From Carcharhinus amblyrhynchos (lineage: Eukaryota): DNA of 64,000 bases. The notes beneath the pieces were generated by a model. The model did not search any database, had not been told where the DNA came from, and was given only the letters and a program-made list of their open reading frames with translations. The stretch lies in NCBI GenBank assembly GCA_965287045.1, contig OZ336889.1, forward strand, positions 28,024,001 to 28,088,000, in the 5' to 3' direction. Shown one piece after another: positions 36,661-49,300 of this stretch. The first letter of the stretch is position 1; every line of letters begins with the position of its first letter. The translations under genes and the position numbers were made by a program.

Positions 36661-38168
36661 GGTTTGATTGGGTGTTACTATGTGAGGCTGAGTGAGTCAG
36701 ATACGTGTGCACATGCACCCTCACTTGGATGTTGTCGCTCCCCCACACTCACTAGCCCCTCCCTCCCACACTCAAATGCTCCCTCTCCCCCACATGCGAT
36801 TGCTCTCTTTCCCACACCCCGGACAATGGGTCTCTTCACCCTCACCATGCATACCATACCTGCCTGCTCACCAGCCTCTCCTGGTCTGGCAGCCAGCCTC
36901 CTCCCATACATGCACAGCATGACAGCTGTCTCTCTAACCCAGCCTATGCCACTTTTTCTGGAGCATACTAGCTGCCACCAGAGTTGTTCCTCCTCCAATC
37001 ACAGATTGCTTGCTTCTCATGCTTTGTTGCCATGGATAGGCGTATGAGCATTTTGAAAACAACCTCTGGAGTCTCAGCAGTCTGGGGTATTGGATGGGCC
37101 TGGTTTCAACCAATGAATGACATATGCCTTGAAAAACTGCTGAAATCCTTCAAGTGTATTAGCAAAGGAAGTGTTATGGCATGTTGTATAAAAAGTAATG
37201 CAACTTTGTTTCCTGTCAAACCCAGTGGCTATCTAATACTTTGGACTACCATAATATCTGCTTTCTTGTGACAGGATTTGTGGAAAGCAAGAATAAATGA
37301 CCCCATTCTGAATGAAAAATATGACGTTAAGATTCTGCAAAACCTCCCAAAAGAAGAATTGCTTGAAAATTGCATTTCTGAAATGAGAAACCCCAAAAGT
37401 TTTAATGCATTACATTCAAGCATTCCCTGGATTAATGTGGTACCTGATGTTAATATATATGAGACAGCCGCTTCACCTTTGGATTCTACTTACAACAGTA
37501 TCGTTAATCAGGATGACCATAACTATTGTATACAAGAAGAAAGAACTTTACAACAAACTGAAGAACTTTGTGCAGATAACTCATCATATGTGGAGGTTTT
37601 GGGCTCTGATTCTTTATCTCTCAAATTTAGTTCAGTTTATCAGGTGTTTAAAATGTTACCATTGCAAATAGAAAAGGAACACGAGAAAACAATTACACTG
37701 TTGCTTGATTTTGTTGAACTCCTCATAAGTGAAAACATATCTATACAGAAGTTGGCTGATATGACACTGCAACTTCTGACCCATCTTCAAGACTTCATTA
37801 TCAAAACAGAAACCACTGAAACAGGGGTTAATTCTATTTATTGTAGTCGGATGCTTTATACTGTAAGTAATTGGTTGGGACATCAGTTTTATTCTGCTAA
37901 TGCCTCGATCAGCAGGCAAGTAGAAGAGTTTAAAACAACTCACATCGACAGAATCACAGATTTACCACCTGCTGAGGAATTGGTAGACAAACTTTTTCCT
38001 GAAGCGATGAAGGTTTTACTATTAAGCTGGATGGGGCTTGATGATGTTTCTACCTTGTGGAAACGTCAAAGTGAATATCCTATAGTGCTGCTTATATTAG
38101 AGTTTGCAAATCATAATCTAATCACTGGTGTAGCTCATGTTTTGTATTCTAGTTTGATCTGTAAATAA
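31125..38168 (+). CDS. Uncharacterised multi-exon protein-coding gene, about 484 aa
   Basis: Exons 31125-31220, 31561-31640, 32353-32419, 34415-34468, 34698-34827, 35706-35839 and 37275-38168 join in phase with no stops (1455 nt). The last four have good splice sites; the first three are more tentative. Confidence 0.75.
31561..31640 (+). CDS. Uncharacterised gene, putative exon (LKFESAKQRLRIDIALDSVTLEVLLLR)
   Basis: Open, protein-like frame with phase 0-2 fitting its neighbours; weak AAG acceptor and GTTTAT donor. Confidence 0.45.
31665..32205 (+). mobile_element. LINE 3' fragment (L2/CR1-like) whose tail is shared with the SacSINE-like SINEs
   Basis: QQDLDDIQ...KWQ and NILGISIDQKLN RT C-terminus, then the GGGAAATTAGGGATGGGCTAATAAATGCTGGCC tail. 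Confidence 0.7.
32353..32419 (+). CDS. Uncharacterised gene, putative exon (DKSVNVNLTQHCIDLMSRLNKM)
   Basis: T-rich tract then AAG acceptor; phase 2-0 fits neighbours; weak GTTAAA donor. Confidence 0.4.
32795..33290 (+). mobile_element. CR1 LINE 3' fragment
   Basis: RVQKRFTGML...HRRLRGDLTEIYKI in ORF 32690..33016; CR1 3' UTR follows. Confidence 0.85.
34415..34468 (+). CDS. Uncharacterised gene exon (VPSWSGDYLKNILTPNPK)
   Basis: CCTCTCTCAG acceptor, AAG|GTGAAC donor, 54 nt, phase 0-0. Confidence 0.65.
34698..34827 (+). CDS. Uncharacterised gene exon (ESLTPLFLGADVVAKTGIRTENHPRIHAKFAKKGLATKLSFSS)
   Basis: Long polypyrimidine tract plus CAG; CAG|GTATTA donor; phase 0-1. Confidence 0.85.
35180..35451 (-). 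mobile_element. V-SINE
   Basis: Reverse complement of the same tRNA head and V domain. Confidence 0.85.
35706..35839 (+). CDS. Uncharacterised gene exon (EFRFEGLKIPTVVNNLWFYSVQGLFRVAFEMYTKEQQLDVLLVLQ)
   Basis: TTTTGCAG acceptor, CAG|GTACTG donor, phase 1-0. Confidence 0.85.
36200..36412. mobile_element. Penelope-derived short element in inverted (hairpin) arrangement
   Basis: 36205-36290 is the reverse complement of 36303-36375; flanked by duplicated TTTCAGAAAGAT. Related copies at about 1300-1432, 5880-6010, 30640-31010 and 48710-48835. Confidence 0.7.
36627..36659. repeat. (TG)n microsatellite
   Basis: About 16 perfect TG units. Confidence 0.95.
37275..38168 (+). CDS. Uncharacterised gene, terminal exon (297 codons; helical C-terminal region)
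   Basis: 296-aa ORF 37278..38168 directly preceded by a CTTTCTTGTGACAG acceptor; no transposon motifs. Confidence 0.88.
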   Translation, partial: DLWKARINDPILNEKYDVKILQNLPKEELLENCISEMRNPKSFNALHSSIPWINVVPDVNIYETAASPLDSTYNSIVNQDDHNYCIQEERTLQQTEELCADNSSYVEVLGSDSLSLKFSSVYQVFKMLPLQIEKEHEKTITLLLDFVELLISENISIQKLADMTLQLLTHLQDFIIKTETTETGVNSIYCSRMLYTVSNWLGHQFYSANASISRQVEEFKTTHIDRITDLPPAEELVDKLFPEAMKVLLLSWMGLDDVSTLWKRQSEYPIVLLILEFANHNLITGVAHVLYSSLICK

Positions 38169-39084
38169 GCTTCTAGGTAGGAGTTTGGACTGCATTTAAA
38201 CTCGATGCCCCTGCTTCAATTTGGGTGTCTTTTGCAGTAGTTAAATAATCCTGAACAGTAAAAAATCATTTTTGAAGTCTAAACATATAATTGGAGTTGT
38301 TATTTCACACGTCATTATCATATTCTTGGTATGTTGTCATGAGTGGACTGGGGTGGGGGGGGCAATTTCAACAATAGACTATGAGTATGAGAAAAGCAAA
38401 ATATTGTAGATGCTAGATTGAAAATGTTGTAGACACAGGGCAGGTCTTATCAATGAAGGATTGGCAAGGTTATACTTTGAGACTGGACCTTGTTTATGTT
38501 TTGGATCATTTAAGAGTGATTTGGATACTAAACTGTTGATCCATTAAACTACTTTTATTATGAGAAAAGAGACATTTATGCATGAATTGCTTCTTAAATT
38601 TTCTCCTTACTTTTACATAGGTATGTTTATTTCTTATCTATTTTCACATCTATATTTAAAAAAATACAATAACAGCCTCTCTTGATCATCAGCCATCTCA
38701 ATTTCTGTGCTCCTGTCATTCACTGTAAGCTGCTTCCCTTGCTGTCCGTTCCTAACATTTTTGTTAAATCTGCTGTTGTTTGGTGAACCAACTTCTACTT
38801 TGCAGAGCCAAACACTTTGTCATCGTTCCCAGTTCCCAATGGCCCCACTACAGAACATCAAGCCATTGTACCAGGGCCTTCAACCAAATAATCCTCCAAT
38901 CCCTAAGAGGCAGCTTCAACATTCTTCCACAAACCAGACTGCTCTGGTATTTCAGTCTGTTCCAATCCCAGTGAACTTATTTTTTTCTCTCTCTCAATTC
39001 CTAAGTCCACTGTCTCCCAAGCTGCTTCAATTATGCTTCCTCACACCCAGCTTCCATTCTATTACCCTCATTTCTCTATTTCAT

Positions 39085-39912
39085 CTGGACTCTGGGGTGG
39101 TTCCTGCAGATAGGAAAACAGCAAATGTGATGCCACTGTTTAAAAAAAAATAGTCTGTAGGCGGGTAACTGTAGGCCAGTTAGCTTAATTTCTGTACTAA
39201 GGAAAATGCTAGAAGATGCTTCAAGGAAGAAATAGCGAGACATTTGGTATAAACTGTCCCATTGGAAAGATGCAGCATGGATTCATGAAGGGCAGGTCAT
39301 GTTTGACTAATTTGGTGGAATTCTTTGAAAACATTATGTGTACAGTGGACAATGGGGAATCTGTGGATGTGGTATATATGGATTTTTGGAAGGCATTTGA
39401 CAAGGTGCCACACCAAAGGTGCTGCATAAGATAATGGTGCACGGAGTTACGGGTAATGTATTGGCAATGGGTAGAGGATTGGTTCACTAATAGAAAGCAA
39501 AGAGTGGGGGTAAATGGATGTTTTTCTAGTTGGTGATCAGTGACTTATGTGTCTCAGGGATCAGTGTTGGGACTGCAATTGTTTATGATTTACATAAATG
39601 ATTTGGAATTGGGGACCAAGTGTAGTGTGTCAAAATTCACAGATGACACAAAGATGAGTGCGGAGCAAAGTGTGCAGAGGACACTGAAAGTTTGCAAAGG
39701 GCTATAGATAGTCTAAGTGAGGGGACAAGAGTCTGGTAGATAGAGTACAATATTGGTAAACTTAAGGTTATCCACTTTGGTAGGAATAACAGCAAAATGG
39801 ACTATTATTTAAACGGCAAAAAATTGCAGCATGCTGCTGTGCAGAGGGACCTGGGTGTCCTTGTGTGAATCACAAAAAGTTGGTTTGCAGGTGCAACAGG
39901 TAATTAAGAAAG
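39085..39912 (+). mobile_element. CR1 LINE reverse-transcriptase fragment, degenerate
   Basis: QHGFMKGRSCLTNLVEFF and VDVVYMDFWKAFDKVPH motifs with frameshifts. Confidence 0.88.
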
Positions 39913-40385
39913 GTGCGTGCCTTTTATATGCTCTGTTTGAGACCAGAACTCTCCACTCACCCAATGAAGGATCAAACTCCAAAAGCTTGTGGGTTTACTA
40001 TCAAATAAACTGGTTGGACTTTAACCTAGTGTTGTGAGACTTCTTACTTTTGTTTCTAGAATTACCCAGGTATGGATAAGGACACAGAAGAGAGGTAGGC
40101 ATAGTAAGCTACCCAGCCTAGTCTTACAAAATGTTATCTTTGCTAGGCCCTAGATGATCCACCAAAGTAGCACCCATATCACAAACGGCAAAGCCAGTAA
40201 TCACCCCAGGAACCTGACTTGCATAGCTGAGTTTTACTCACAATCAATAGTTTGTACCATTCATGACATAGGTGTTACAATTGATGAATCATCTTGTGGA
40301 TCGCTCTTGGGCCTAGCAAAAATAGTTTATAGGTCTAAGATGGATGGCTTACTCAGATTGTGTAGCTTTTAGAGAAGCTTTATGC

Positions 40386-40690
40386 TTGGTGGCATAGTGG
40401 TTAGCACTGCTGCTTTGCAGGGCCAGGGACCCGGATTCAATTTTAGCCTTCAGTGATTACGTGGAATTCTCCCTGTGACTGCGTGGGTTTCCTGTGGGTG
40501 CTCCTGTTTCCTCTCACACTCCAAATATGTGTGGATTAGGTTGATTGGCTATGCTAAATTGCCCCCCAGTTGTAGGGGGATTAGTGGGGTAATTACATGG
40601 GGTTACAGAGCTAGGGCCCAAGTGAGATTGTTGTCGGTGCAGGCTCAATGGACCAAATGGCCACCTCCTGCGCTGTATGAATTATCTATA
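40386..40690 (+). mobile_element. HE1-type V-SINE
   Basis: GGTGGCATAGTGGTTAGCACTGCTG head; V domain; matches the 17.2-kb copy. Confidence 0.82.
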
Positions 40691-42569
40691 GTTTTTAGGA
40701 TATGTAAATGCTGAGTAGGTAAGCGACTTAATTGGAAAAGCAGAAAAATCTCAAATCGACAGACATGAAAGACAAGCATATCATTTTGCTTAATCATATT
40801 TGCATGTTGTATTCGTACAACCACTTGAAAGAACAAAAGTAGCAATCCTCCAGCCATTTTGTAAAAACAGTATTATTCAGTAGGTATTCTCCTTCATGAG
40901 TTTTCTCCTGGTGGAAGCTTGATATTTTGGTTCGTAGTGTTTGTGCAACTTGGGAGAGTGAACTATGTCATGTATCACTTTGCCTTCTGGAACAGCTGTT
41001 TAGTTTCTATTGCGAATTGGTGCATTGAATCATTCTGGAATCAATCTGCATGCATTCAGGATCATTTTTTCCACCATACATTCAACCTTTGTGCAGGTTT
41101 TTATCTCATCAATCATTATATGCCTAAACTTGTCCACACAATTACTGAATAGCAATCAGGAATGTGAACCATTAATGGGTAAATAGATGTGCCAATAGTG
41201 ATGTAGTCTCTCATGAATCTTATCCACTATGTACATTCTTCCTGCTTTCCCACCCTCCTTAAATCTTATTTTAGAATCACAAAGTCTGGTAATGGAGACT
41301 GCAATAACTCATTATTCTCTTTCAGATGAGAATAAAAAAAACCCAAAGCTCTGCCTGTTCTCCTACATAGACATAAAATATCCCATTCAGTTGTTCTGAC
41401 GAGCAAGGTCATGGTTCCTAATGCTGTGCCTATTCATCCCTCAGTTAACAAAGATTATTTGATCATTATCACATTGCTGTTTGTGGAGAATATTGTACAA
41501 AGATTAACAGCCCAATTTCAATACAAGGGTGACAAAGCTCATAAGTACTTTGTTGGGTTACGAATTGCTTTGGGAAATTTGGAGGTAATGAAAGGAGCTT
41601 TATAGATACATCTTTTTCTTCTTTATCCCTCATTTACTGAAGAGCTAGCAGGGGCAAGATAAGTAAGAATGGAAATTATAAATTAGTCTGAATTCCAGTA
41701 CCGACATATAATTCCAAGGTTGTAGCCAATGACCTGAATAGTAAGGCCAGATACACAATTAGACAATCTAAATTAAACAGCAGCAAATAGCCAGAGCAGC
41801 CAGGCTTGAACATCCTGGAAGCTGGGATCAGAAGTGTCTGATCCTGACCAAATAATAATGTTTATTTGCAAGTATTGGCCAGATGCACCTGCACTTCAGA
41901 TACCAGATATGGAAAGGACACTCAGAGTATTCTGGCATCTTCCATATATGGAAACTGTAATCCCATTGGATGTTGCAACTAACGAACCTCACTGGCTGGA
42001 AACCAGAGAATCTTCCAGAAGGGTGCAAAGAAGAGATACCTGGATGATAGCACCTTGCAGTCACAGCAAAGACAGAAGTGGATATGCAAGACCAACCTTC
42101 GCAAAGACGACCCTGAGTTGAGGCAAGATCATCTGAACAGGCACAGCTCAGTGAAGACAGCTGTACCTAGCCAAGTTCAACTGCATGGGTAGTGTCAGAG
42201 TCTCAAATCAGTGTTGAGTTCTTTTAATGAGTTTTGATAATAAGATTCTTTAATAAAATTGGATTGAACTGTAAATCGACTCTTACCTTTGTTCACCTCA
42301 TGAGTATCTGGGTAAATGAGTTTTGGTATAAAATGGTTTAAGTATCTAATGTTATAGATAAAAGATGCTTTAACCAAAAAAAAGAGGAAGCCTTGGTTCA
42401 ATTGTTAGGGATGTATCTGAAAACTTACTCATAATAATGGGGCTGGAGACATAGTTAGGAATGGATTACCTCTTTTAACTCATACAACATGTGTTTGTGA
42501 TAGAATTCTGATCATGTGCAAGAGCATTCCTGATATCATTAAATTAGTACATGTATTGAAAATCATCCA

Positions 42570-42575
42570 TTTATT
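42570..42575 (-). terminator. Candidate poly(A) signal AATAAA of RSRC2
   Basis: TTTATT on the plus strand about 550 nt past the stop codon, at the end of an AU-rich, repeat-free 3' UTR. Confidence 0.5.
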
Positions 42576-43127
42576 GTCCAGAAAGCTTGATAATGAACAG
42601 TGCACTATAAAGCGCTTTTCAGCACTGGAATAAGTACTTACATACAAACTAAATCCTAATTTACAACTACACATTCATCATTTGCATTTCAAAAGATGAA
42701 AATAACTGTACAAGTTTTAGTACAAAAGCAATCACATAATACAGCAACATGAAGTATTACAACAAAATATGAATGAAATTGGGCCGTCTGAATCCAGTCT
42801 GCATACATCACTTCAAATACATAAGAAAGAAAGATATGATAGAGCTTCCCTTTCCTCATTGCAAAATGTTGCCATTAACTCTTTTTCCAATGAAGTCCCA
42901 ATGTTTAGGAAGAGTAACTATCACAGTATGATTGTTGATACACCCAGTTATCTTTACAATCAAAACCTTTAATAAATTATTTTGCATTGCAACAACCATG
43001 CAAGCTAGATTGCTAGCTTTTTCAGTAAATGGGAAAGTGAAAATCAAGATGAAGCTTTAAATCTCCAACATGGACGAAGACGATATAAAAAAAATCATGT
43101 GCTCAAGCACAAGTACAATGTTTTTTC

Positions 43128-43310
43128 TTAAATTGTGTCCATTCCTCTCATCGAAGAGGAGAAACCCAGGCCCATGCCTCTCTGTGTGTGGGTTTGTGAT
43201 CGTGCCATCTCATATTGAGCATCCAAGTTCCTGAATACCTCTTCCTGCTGCTTTAGAGTTTTGAAACTTTCATCAGGATTTGGTACTGGGGTTCCTATCT
43301 CTTCCTCATC
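43128..43310 (-). CDS. RSRC2: RSRC2 terminal coding exon (DEEEIG...GMGLGFSSSMRGMDTI*)
   Basis: Inside ORF 43128..43343; TTTTGAAG acceptor. Confidence 0.95.
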   Translation of the reverse strand, partial: DEEEIGTPVPNPDESFKTLKQQEEVFRNLDAQYEMARSQTHTQRGMGLGFSSSMRGMDTI

Positions 43311-46300
43311 CTTCAAAACAAAATAATTACAATAAAGTAACACATCCAGATAATTAAGGCTTTGACATTCACAAGTTGTGTGACTAAAAGACAGACCTTA
43401 CCTTCAGATTGCTTCAACAGTTTTTAGCTGAAGACACTGTGGACCACAGACTCTTTCATAGGCATTTTCATATTGGTTCACAAGAACATAGGAAGGGTAC
43501 GTCACACTGCCCATCAAGTCTGCACTGGCATTTAATAAGACTGTAGCCAAATCTCCTACCTCAACTCCACTTTCCCATCTTATTTATATATCCCCGAATT
43601 GCCTTGGTGTATAAAAATCTGAATTAGCAACTGAGCATGTAGTCTTCTGGTGTACGAGTAAAAATATTTCTCATCTCAGCTGAAATGGTCAACTCCTAGT
43701 TCTGGACACTCCAGCCAGGAAAAAAAAATTCAGCATCCATGCTGTCAAGCCCACCAAGAATTTTTTAATGTTATGTGAACACCTCTCATTATCCTAAATG
43801 TCAGAATATCAACCCATTCTACTCAAATATGGCAACTTAGTTTACCTGTTGGTTCACAGTCGGCCCAAACAGCAAGTTCAATTGCTGCTTCTTTCTCATT
43901 CTTCAATATCTAGCTGACTGACTAGGTGAAAAGCCAGTTGTGATGTGCTCTATAAAATGCCAACTGTTACTGCAAACAGCAGGACAGTATAACACTCAGA
44001 ACAGGATTAGTTAGTTTCTTACAGATCAAAATATATTACTCAAGGGAGCTTAAAATTGTACAAACTAGCTGTAGAATCTGCATTTCCGTGCCACAGTGCA
44101 TAAATTGGTCTCAAGGTTTCAGACTACAGCTTTAGCCCCATCTACTGCCAGATTTGGCTGAAGTGGAGTAGCTCACTGTCAGACTGGCTGTTGGAAGTGG
44201 AATTTCACTATTAATTAATGACAAGTCATTCAAGATAATCCAGGACTGAAGTAATACAAAAATTGTATTGTTTTGACTTTTCAATCAAAGATATTAATAT
44301 CAATTTAAAGTAATTTCCCTTCTACAGGTGAGTTTTCCAACTGAACACCTGGATCCACAGCGGCAGGAAGCTGCATCACCTCGAACAATAAGTCAAGTCA
44401 TAAGGCATTTTGCAGGAGCATTATTAAACAAAATATGACACTAAGACACAGGCCGAGATAAGATGACTAAAAGCTAGTTCAAAGAGGTAGGTTTTCAGGA
44501 GTGTCCTAAAGGAGGAAAGTGAGGTAGAGAGACACAGGAAAGGAATTCCCGAGTTTAGGGCTTAGATATGTGTTGCCCTTAAAAGGAACACTTATGGGAA
44601 CTAAATGCCTAGCCATCAATGTGAAGTAATCTAAAATCTGGGATGCTCAATGGACCAGAATTAGAGCAGCGCAGGTATTGCAAAGGGCTGTAGGACATAC
44701 AGAGAAGGGCAAGGTCATGGAGGGATTTGAAAAAAAAATTTGAAGATGTTGCTTGACCAAGAATCAACATAGGCTAGTGAGCAGAGAGATGGTAGGTAAA
44801 TAGAATCTGGTGCAAGTTAAGACATGAGTAGTAGAGTTTTAGAAATCCCCTGGTTTAGGTAGAGTAGAATGTTGGTGACCAGCCATGAATGCACTGGAAT
44901 AGTCAAGTCCAATGGTAACAAAGACACGAATGAGGATTTTAGAGCTGAGACAGGGGCCAAGGTAAACGATGATAGAGGTAGAAATAGGTAGTCTTAATGA
45001 TGGCGCAAATGTGTAGTTGGAACATCTTGGAGTCAAATATGATACCAAAGGTTGTGACCAGACTGTTTCAAATCTTAAGAACATTGTGAAGGAGAGGAAG
45101 AGAGTTGGTAACTAGAGAACCAAGTGGGTTTTTCTTGCTCATTTGGAGATTCTTGCTCTTGCGTGTTGGATCAGCACCCTGATAATTTATCAACAGTGAA
45201 GGAGTCAAGAGAAGTTGTGGCCAGCATACATGCAAAAACAATGTATTTTCCAAATGTTGGTCCTGAGAAGCAGGATGGCGTTGAGAAAGGGGGTCAAGGA
45301 TAGATCCTTGGAGACTATGGAAGTGACGGTGCAGGAGCAGGAAGATAAACCTTTACAACTTATACACTGAAAACGGAACTAAGTGAAAACAATCCCAGTT
45401 GGATGACAGTGAAGAAGCATTGAAGGAAGATGGACTACCAATTGGAGGAGGATTGGTAGTCAACCAAATCAAAAGCTACAGATTTGAGAGAAGTATGAGG
45501 AGGGATGATTTATCTTTGTCAGTCATATGGGATATAATTTATGACTTTGGTGAGAGCCATTTGGTGTACTGCCAGAGGTGGAAACATGGTTACAGATTCC
45601 AATGGAGTTCTGGGAACAACAATTTTGGACGATGGCAACTTGGGGAGGCAGTGATGTATTGGTATCGTCACTCAACTAGTAATCCAGAAACCCAAAGCAA
45701 GATCTCAGGATTCGGGTTCATATCCCGCCATGGCAGATGGCGGGATCTGAATTCAGTAAATCCCTGGAATTAAAAGTCTAATGATGATCATGAAACCCTT
45801 GTCGATTGTCATAAAAATACATCTGGTTCACTAATGCCCTTTAGGGAAATTAATCTGCCATCCCTACCTGATCCACAGCAATGTGGTTCACTCTCAAATG
45901 CCCTCTGAAATGGAGGGAAGTTAGGGATGAACAATAAATGCTGGCCCAGCCAGCAGTGCCCACATTCCATAAATGAATTTTAAAAATGCTCAACAACTTC
46001 AGAATACAATTTTACTACAAGATAAATTCAATTCCTTTTTGCCCGACAAGGCATCGCATTTCTTCCCACAGTCACTTGGTTCAGCCACATTAGTGGCAGC
46101 AACAAGTTTTACTCAAAACCATCCAGTATAGCAGGTAAACTTAATTTAACTCTAAGCATTGTTTTCCAGGAATCAACTTGCCATTTTGTTCCCATCATAA
46201 TGGCATTTTAAAAAATTCACATGAACAATTAATGTGCCACCGTTACTGTTCTTAATACAACTCACCTTGATACCCATTAATTTTCGGAATTTAACATTTT

Positions 46301-49300
46301 GGTCCTTGTTACCAAAATTTAGCTTTTCCCATAATTCTGCAGTCTGTGACTTATCCTTAAAGAGGAAAAAAAAGCACATGAAAAATCACTACATCAAACT
46401 GACCTGGAGAAAGAAAAACACAAGTCACCAGTTCAAAATAACATCTTACAGAAAGAAAGACCAAGAAGGATAGGTCGTTATAGGTAGAAAAATAGTGCTG
46501 CTTTTAATGAGTTTGTGATTAGGAGTACTGTGTTTACAGTGATACTGTCACAGCCTAAAACAAACTGCAGTTTGCTTTGTGTTGTAACACAGCAAATTTA
46601 TCAGAACAATTTATTCCAACTGATACACAGTCAAACTATTACATACTTGCATACAGATCCCAAGACATGTAATATTAACCAGCCACCATACAAAATTTGC
46701 TGTGAGAAATACCCCAACACAATTTCCCATTTAAAAAAAATTACAATTTTTGTTTGTTTGATTTTCATATGCAGTTGCTGTACCTGGAAAAAAAATAAGT
46801 ACTTTGTTTGTTCTGTATTCCAAAACCTTCCTGTAGAACCACTAACATTTGCAGCACAGAAAGAGGCTAACACTAATCTCAACATCCATATCTTTGAGTC
46901 ATTCTCCATTTCAAACATTTATCTAACTTCCCCTTAAAAACAAAGATTGCTACCTCAACCATTCCTCGTGACAGAGCGTACCATCTTTCTCATGAACCCT
47001 CTCCTTACTGTGATAATTTTAAATTGCTAATTTTGAAATAGGTCAAGGAACTGGATTTGGTGACATGGGCATAATTTCAGAGTTTGCAAGTAACATAAAA
47101 CTCAAATGTAGTCAACAATGAGGTGGATAGTGCCTAACTTATGGAGTACACAGACTGGCAAAATGGGTTAGGTATGAGGCAGGTCTGATTAAATGTAAAG
47201 AAACATGAAGTGCTTCATTGTGACAGGAAAACAGAGGTGGGGAAAGAAAAGTTAACGGAGGACCCTGAAATGCTTGCGAACAAATTTTTAAAGATGGCAG
47301 CATTGTTTAAAAAGCATTGAGCATATTGGGCTTTATAAACAATGGCTTAAAGTTGAAAATTAAGGACATTTTACTAAAACTTTAGAAATCATTGGTTATA
47401 CTCCAGCTTAATATGGTGTCCAATTCTAGACACACTTTAGAAAGCATGCTAAGCCCTTGGAGAGGGTGCAGAAAAGATTTAATGGAATGGTAATAGAAAT
47501 GTGGAACTTCAATTACATGGCAAGACTGGAAAAGCAGGTGTGTTGTTTCCAAGAGCAAAGGAGATTAAGAGATTTAAAAGTGTTCAAATCACAAAGGTTT
47601 TGATAGAGTAAACTCTCCAGGCGCAGAAAGGTTGGCAACCAGAAAAGAGTCTTACAGTGACTGGCATTATTTGAAACTTAAACCAGGCAGCTTGATTCTG
47701 TTTTATCAAGGTATTGCCCTGAGAAATGAACCAGCAAATGGTTATCACTTGTTTTCTTTAGCTGAAAGAGGTGCAATGTGTGTATGTTCTTTCTAACTGC
47801 AAAAAACTAGGGTCCTGTGCCTTAATATATATCAAACAGCACGTCCCTTCCACTGTTTTTAAAGGGGAAGATATAGACCATTCCAACCAGCCTGTGCTTG
47901 CAAAAAACTTAAAATACATCAGATGTGATTCTGCGATTGAACAACATTGGCTAAATAATCCTCAGTGCGCTAAAAATTACACTGATGACTAACTTAAGAT
48001 TGTCAGTTGGGCTCACAGTATAGTATATTTCTGGACCCTGCTCTTTGCAGGCAGAAAGAACACGTACGCATATTACACCTGTTTCAGCTATACAAAATAA
48101 GTGACAGCCATTCACTGGTTCATTCCTCAAGGCAATGTTTTAATCAATCAGCATCAAGTTGCCTGGTTTAGGTTTGGCAGTTCACTGTCAGTCGCCATTA
48201 ACTGGTACATTTTCCATAACAACACCTCGAGTGTAATAGAGTGGATACAGAACAAATGTTTCCTGTAATGGGGAACAGCATAACTAGAGACCACTAATAT
48301 AAGACTGTCAATAAGAAATCTAATGTGGAATTTAGAAGAAATTTCCTGAAGCAAGGGGCAGTAAGAATGCAGAAATTGCTTCAACTGCTCCCGGTGGTAG
48401 TGTGTCATATAGATGCACTAGAGGGAAGCTGGACAAATATGAGGGTGATGGCTACTATGATAGATTGTAAGAAAAAATGGGAGGAAACTTAAGTGGGGCA
48501 TAAACACCAGCAAGGATCGATTAGACTGAATGGATTGTTTCTACGTCTCATTTAATCATACGTAATCCATTTACACAGGATAACTTTAGTGAGCAAACCA
48601 TGATTTCTGAAGAACAAATTGTGTGGAGCCTTAATTTATTTCTATTTGAATTTACCCAACAGATTTAGGCAGGAATGTAAAATTACTGGGATACACCTGG
48701 GTGTAAACAAAATACTGCAGATGCTTGAATCTGAAACGAAAACAGAAAATGTTGGAAAATCTCAGCAGGTCTGACAGCATCTGTGAACAGAGAACAGAAC
48801 CAACGTTTTGAGTCTGGATAAACCTTAGTCAGAGCGGTCACCCATCTGGCATCCAGAAATACAACAATTGCATAACACTTGTCTTAACCTTCATCAAACT
48901 TTTTGTTCCAACTCTCAATTTGCTGATATACTACACCCACAACCATTCCCTAAACATTTATTTGACACTGTAACCATCCCATGTGTACAGCAGTTAAATT
49001 TAGAATCCTTTTACCCGCTATTGTGTTGTAGAATCAGTGACTTTCTGAAATATGTTGATGTTTATCAGTGCCATTCAAGAAGTTGAATGCTTCTGTTTTT
49101 TGAATGATTGATGAAGGAAAGTGGTTGATGGACTTCGGTAAGGCATTTGTCAAAATCCCTCATGGCAGGCTGGTAAAAATGGTAGAGTCTCATGGGATCC
49201 GGGGTGTGCTGGCTAGGTGGACACAGAATTGGCTCTCTCATAGAAGACAGAGTAATGGTGGAAGGATGCTTTTCAGAATGGAAATCAGCAACTAGTAGTG

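Noticed and set aside
36628-37047. 139-aa ORF starting in the TG microsatellite
   Set aside because: Low-complexity, repeat-derived intronic sequence.
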